DNA of 42,271 bases, taken from Flavobacteriales bacterium. GTDB lineage: Bacteria > Bacteroidota > Bacteroidia > Palsa-965. Made by a program: the position numbers and the translations under genes. The notes below the pieces were generated by a model. It was not told the origin of the DNA. It saw only the letters and a list, made by a program, of their open reading frames with translations, and searched no databases. Shown in pieces: positions 39,126 through 42,271 of the stretch. Position 1 is the first letter of the stretch. Each line of letters opens with the position of its first letter. Location of the stretch: positions 1-42,271 of the forward strand of contig JBEIPA010000037.1 in NCBI GenBank assembly GCA_040377305.1, given 5' to 3'.

Positions 39126-39848
39126 TCACAAACTGACATTCTTCAGTCTTTCCAGAAACTGTTCCTTATTCTTTCTCGCAATCTCTGCCGCAGATCCATC
39201 ATGCATTTCTGCAAACAATCCATCGTGGCTCACAAACTTGCTCACCTTCCTGAGGTTTACCACATGTGAATTGTGACAGCGATAAAAAACATCAGGATCA
39301 AGTTGCGCTTCGTATTCCTTCAGGCTTTTCGATGCAATATGTTTGACCTTATTATCAAGGTAAAAGACCGTATAACTTCCTGATGCTTCCAACCTGATGA
39401 TTTCAGAATGGCGAATGAAAATAATTCCATCCTTCACAGCAAGTCCTATCGTGCGTGGGTGCGTGGCTTGTATACGTGCTCCGACTTTATTACGCTCCGA
39501 CACAATTTTCTCAACGCAGCTTTGCAATTCATTCACGTCAATTGGTTTGAGCAGGTAATCGAACGCGTGATGCTTGATTGCCTGCAAAGCGTATTGCTGA
39601 TGCGCTGTCGTGAATACGAGATTGAAATCGCGATACTGCAGTTGTTCAAGCAAAGCGAAGCCGTTCATCTGCGGCATACTAATATCGAGAAAGACAATTT
39701 CCGGCCGGTAGTCTTCAATGGCGTGAATACCATCGTTCGCATTCGTAGTTGCACCAACAACTTTAACATTATTGACATGCTTGTCGATCATAAGCTGAAG
39801 TGAATTCAACCCGGAACGTTCGTCGTCAATCATTACGGCTCTTAGCAT
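39126..39848 (-). CDS. LytTR-family response regulator
   Basis: REC domain (IDDE, FLDISMP, FTTAH, YLLKP); LytTR domain (IIRLEASGSYT, FYRCHNSHVVNL). Confidence 0.95.
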   Translation of the reverse strand: MLRAVMIDDERSGLNSLQLMIDKHVNNVKVVGATTNANDGIHAIEDYRPEIVFLDISMPQMNGFALLEQLQYRDFNLVFTTAHQQYALQAIKHHAFDYLLKPIDVNELQSCVEKIVSERNKVGARIQATHPRTIGLAVKDGIIFIRHSEIIRLEASGSYTVFYLDNKVKHIASKSLKEYEAQLDPDVFYRCHNSHVVNLRKVSKFVSHDGLFAEMHDGSAAEIARKNKEQFLERLKNVSL

Positions 39849-39851
39849 GAT

Positions 39852-41366
39852 TTAGTTTTTTAAAATTGGAATGGTAATTTTTACACACGTTCCTTCACTT
39901 GTTCCGCTTGCGCTGGTCTTGTCGGTAATTTCTATTCCGTAATCGGCTCCCCATTCTTTGCGCATCAGTTCCAGACGTTGTGCGGTGAACTGAACACCAA
40001 GTGATTTCTTTTTAATCACATCAGGCGACACTTTGTTTAGATTCCGACCTGCGCCATTGTCATCGATGATACAACACAATGCTTGTTCGTTGAGATATTT
40101 AAAGCTGATGTTCAGGTTCTTGTCACTTTCCTTTTTAAGCAAGCCATGCCAGATGGCGTTCTCGACAAATGGCTGAATCAACATGTGCGGAATCCGGGTT
40201 TCCGGAGCATTGAGCTTGCCATCTACAACAATCTGGTACGTAAATGCACTCTCGAACCGCAGCGATTCAATCTCAATGTATTTGTTCAGGATGTCGAGCT
40301 CGTTATCCAACGTAATATTTTCCTCCGTACTGCTCTCCAGAATTTTTCGCAACAGTTTCGCAAACTTCACGAGATAGGTATTCGCATTCCCGGTATCATC
40401 AACGAGAATAAACTGCTGAATCGAGTTCATGGAATTGAAAATGAAATGCGGATTCATCTGTGCTTTGATCACGCGTGTTTCCATTTCAAAAACCTGCCTC
40501 TGAATTCTGTTCTTTTCCCGCTCGCGTTGAAGCGCCTTTCGAAATCGCCACACCATGATGGCAATGAGCAATCCAAGCAGGATGACTGATCCGAGAATAA
40601 TCAAGACGAGGTTCCTAAAACGATTCGGATCACCTACTTCATACAATTGTGCAACAGCATCTGCAGACAACACTGAATTGTAGATGGCAATATCGTCGAC
40701 ATAGCCCGAAAGAAAACGGCGGTTCTTTATATTGGCACTATAGCCCATCATTACCGAATCGGTATTCAGAAAACGGGTCTGAAAATTCTTCACCGCGCAA
40801 CTTTCCAAACGGCCATTGATGTAAAGACAAACAGACGAATCGCTGTAAGTCATCACAACGTGTTGCCATTCATTGAGTACAAAATTTCCCACTGAACGTG
40901 CGCAAACCTGATCTTGTGATGAAAGTGTGGAGGCTGCGGCGATCCTTTTATTGTTGAGATCGTAACAAACCGAATAGGCTTCGAAGAAATCGTCGCCTTC
41001 GCTATTCTTAGTCAGTATAAACGGATTGCACAAATAGCCGTCTCCGGAATATACTTCTCCAATCATCTTGGTCCAGAACGAGATGGTTCCTTCACGCGGT
41101 TTGAGTTTCGGATCAGTGCCGAGATTGAGATAGCTGTTTGCCGTTCCATTGAGAAAACATGCCGATTGATGATTCCCGAAACGGTCATCGCCATATGAAA
41201 TGCCCACTGCTTTCGCAGAAGCACCACCGAATTCATCGGAAGCATTTCCGTCATTAAACGTGAAGTAAACCACGGGAACAATTTCCTGCGCGTGAACATC
41301 AGGTGGGTTCAATACCGAGAAGCATATCCACGCCAAAAAAGCCAACGAAAGTTTCGGTTCCCCCAT
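39852..41366 (-). CDS. LytS-type sensor histidine kinase with periplasmic LamG/ConA-like domain
   Basis: LamG (TISFW, WQHVVMTY, LYING, GYVDDIAIYNSVLS); TM; AQMNPHFIFNSMN, LIQPFVENAIWHG, DDNGAG. Confidence 0.93.
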   Translation of the reverse strand: MGEPKLSLAFLAWICFSVLNPPDVHAQEIVPVVYFTFNDGNASDEFGGASAKAVGISYGDDRFGNHQSACFLNGTANSYLNLGTDPKLKPREGTISFWTKMIGEVYSGDGYLCNPFILTKNSEGDDFFEAYSVCYDLNNKRIAAASTLSSQDQVCARSVGNFVLNEWQHVVMTYSDSSVCLYINGRLESCAVKNFQTRFLNTDSVMMGYSANIKNRRFLSGYVDDIAIYNSVLSADAVAQLYEVGDPNRFRNLVLIILGSVILLGLLIAIMVWRFRKALQREREKNRIQRQVFEMETRVIKAQMNPHFIFNSMNSIQQFILVDDTGNANTYLVKFAKLLRKILESSTEENITLDNELDILNKYIEIESLRFESAFTYQIVVDGKLNAPETRIPHMLIQPFVENAIWHGLLKKESDKNLNISFKYLNEQALCCIIDDNGAGRNLNKVSPDVIKKKSLGVQFTAQRLELMRKEWGADYGIEITDKTSASGTSEGTCVKITIPILKN

Positions 41367-41698
41367 ACAATGAAGTATTAACCCGTGTCTCGGGCATTTG
41401 AAGGGGGCGACTATAAGTACGTAAAAGCAACGCAGAAGTTCTGATTAGGGATCGAATAATCACGACCAATTAGCGATTCAAGCGGTCGAAGTCCGATCTG
41501 CAGCTTCCGTTGGATCAGTCATTTCGACCTGACGATAAGCCGGCGAGTAATGTTGCTCAACAGGCGGATGGTGGCTAACATTTAAGGTTCCGCGCAGAAA
41601 AGTGACATTGAACTGTTGAAAATATCCCAATTTCGCCGCGTATACGCATACACCGCGTCTCCGTGGATATTATATTTGTGCCCATATCAATCCAAACT

Positions 41699-42115
41699 AT
41701 GGCACACCACGAATCTCACGACGATCACGGACACGATACCACGGAAGGAAACCGCCAGTATTATCCACAAGGCTGGTACTTACCTCTTGTAGGATTATTT
41801 GTAGTTGCATTCTTCTTCGCATTGGGCGGAGGATCGCTTCTCGGAATTTCAGGAACAGACAAGTGGGGCAAACACGAAGTGTGTCACACAGAAAATTGTG
41901 ACGGCCACTGCGGAATGGATCACGAGAAAGCGTGCTGCGCTGATGGAACGTGTGATCACTGCAAAGCTGAGCACGGAGATGCACACGGAACTCCAACTTC
42001 TGATCACAATCAGGATTCAGTTGCGGCTACTGCACCGACTCCAATGGGAGATAGTGTGGCGAAATCAGATTCAGTGAAACCTGCTGAAGAAGCACACGAC
42101 GGACACAGTCACTAA
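41699..42115 (+). CDS. His/Cys-rich single-pass membrane protein (putative metal binding)
   Basis: 138 aa with 16 His and 7 Cys; one TM; -7 box TATATTTG at 41671-41678; terminator downstream. Confidence 0.75.
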   Translation: MAHHESHDDHGHDTTEGNRQYYPQGWYLPLVGLFVVAFFFALGGGSLLGISGTDKWGKHEVCHTENCDGHCGMDHEKACCADGTCDHCKAEHGDAHGTPTSDHNQDSVAATAPTPMGDSVAKSDSVKPAEEAHDGHSH

Positions 42116-42136
42116 GAAAAGTCTAGAATTATATTG

Positions 42137-42166
42137 AAAACCGTTCACTTGTGGACGGTTTTTTTT
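42137..42166 (+). terminator. Intrinsic terminator
   Basis: aaaaccgttcac-tt-gtggacggtttt followed by a T tract. Confidence 0.85.
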
Positions 42167-42176
42167 GTGCCCCTTC

Positions 42177-42271
42177 GCTACTCTATGGAGTCGCATATTC
42201 CTTACAAAGGACTATGCGACCCCCCAGGGTCGAGACAAGTCTCCTGCACTCTCGCCACGCTTAGCGACCCC
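42177..42271. repeat. REP/BIME-like cluster of GCGAC-containing hairpins, truncated at the window end
   Basis: gtcgcatattcct/aggactatgcgac inverted repeat; cgaccc-cca-gggtcg palindrome; a further gcgacccc starts at 42264. Confidence 0.5.

Noticed and set aside
120-42077. Numerous short ORFs antisense to or nested in the called genes (e.g. 1755-2339, 4545-5093, 16501-17055, 24032-24577, 40083-40589)
   Set aside because: Shadow ORFs of well-supported genes, with no recognisable motifs.

Overview
Gene-dense chromosomal segment from a Bacteroidota genome, judged by type IX secretion (T9SS) cargo and accessory genes and TAnnTTTG -7 promoters. The left half is a long minus-strand run: ettA, five tandem, highly divergent exported DUF3108-like/TapB-type paralogs, hisS, hutH, a membrane-anchored TIMP-like protein, ppa, and a 1740-aa beta-propeller/7TM/PAS/GAF/SpoIIE sensor phosphatase. 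The middle holds a T9SS S8 protease, a UbiA/MqnP-like prenyltransferase, a SprB-repeat adhesin with PorP/SprF and OmpA-PD40 partners, sanA, two SBBP-propeller T9SS paralogs and terC. The right holds a PadR-PspC-cupin envelope-stress operon, then an ECF-promoter-driven candidate sRNA whose 3' half is tandemly duplicated (186-bp unit). A LamG-LytS/LytTR two-component system follows, with a LytTR-type direct repeat upstream of a duplicated-domain T9SS cargo gene. A ~194-bp degenerate palindrome, a His/Cys-rich membrane protein and REP-like hairpins complete the right end. I found no rRNA, tRNA, CRISPR array, integrase or transposase. All family calls come from motif recognition, not database searches.
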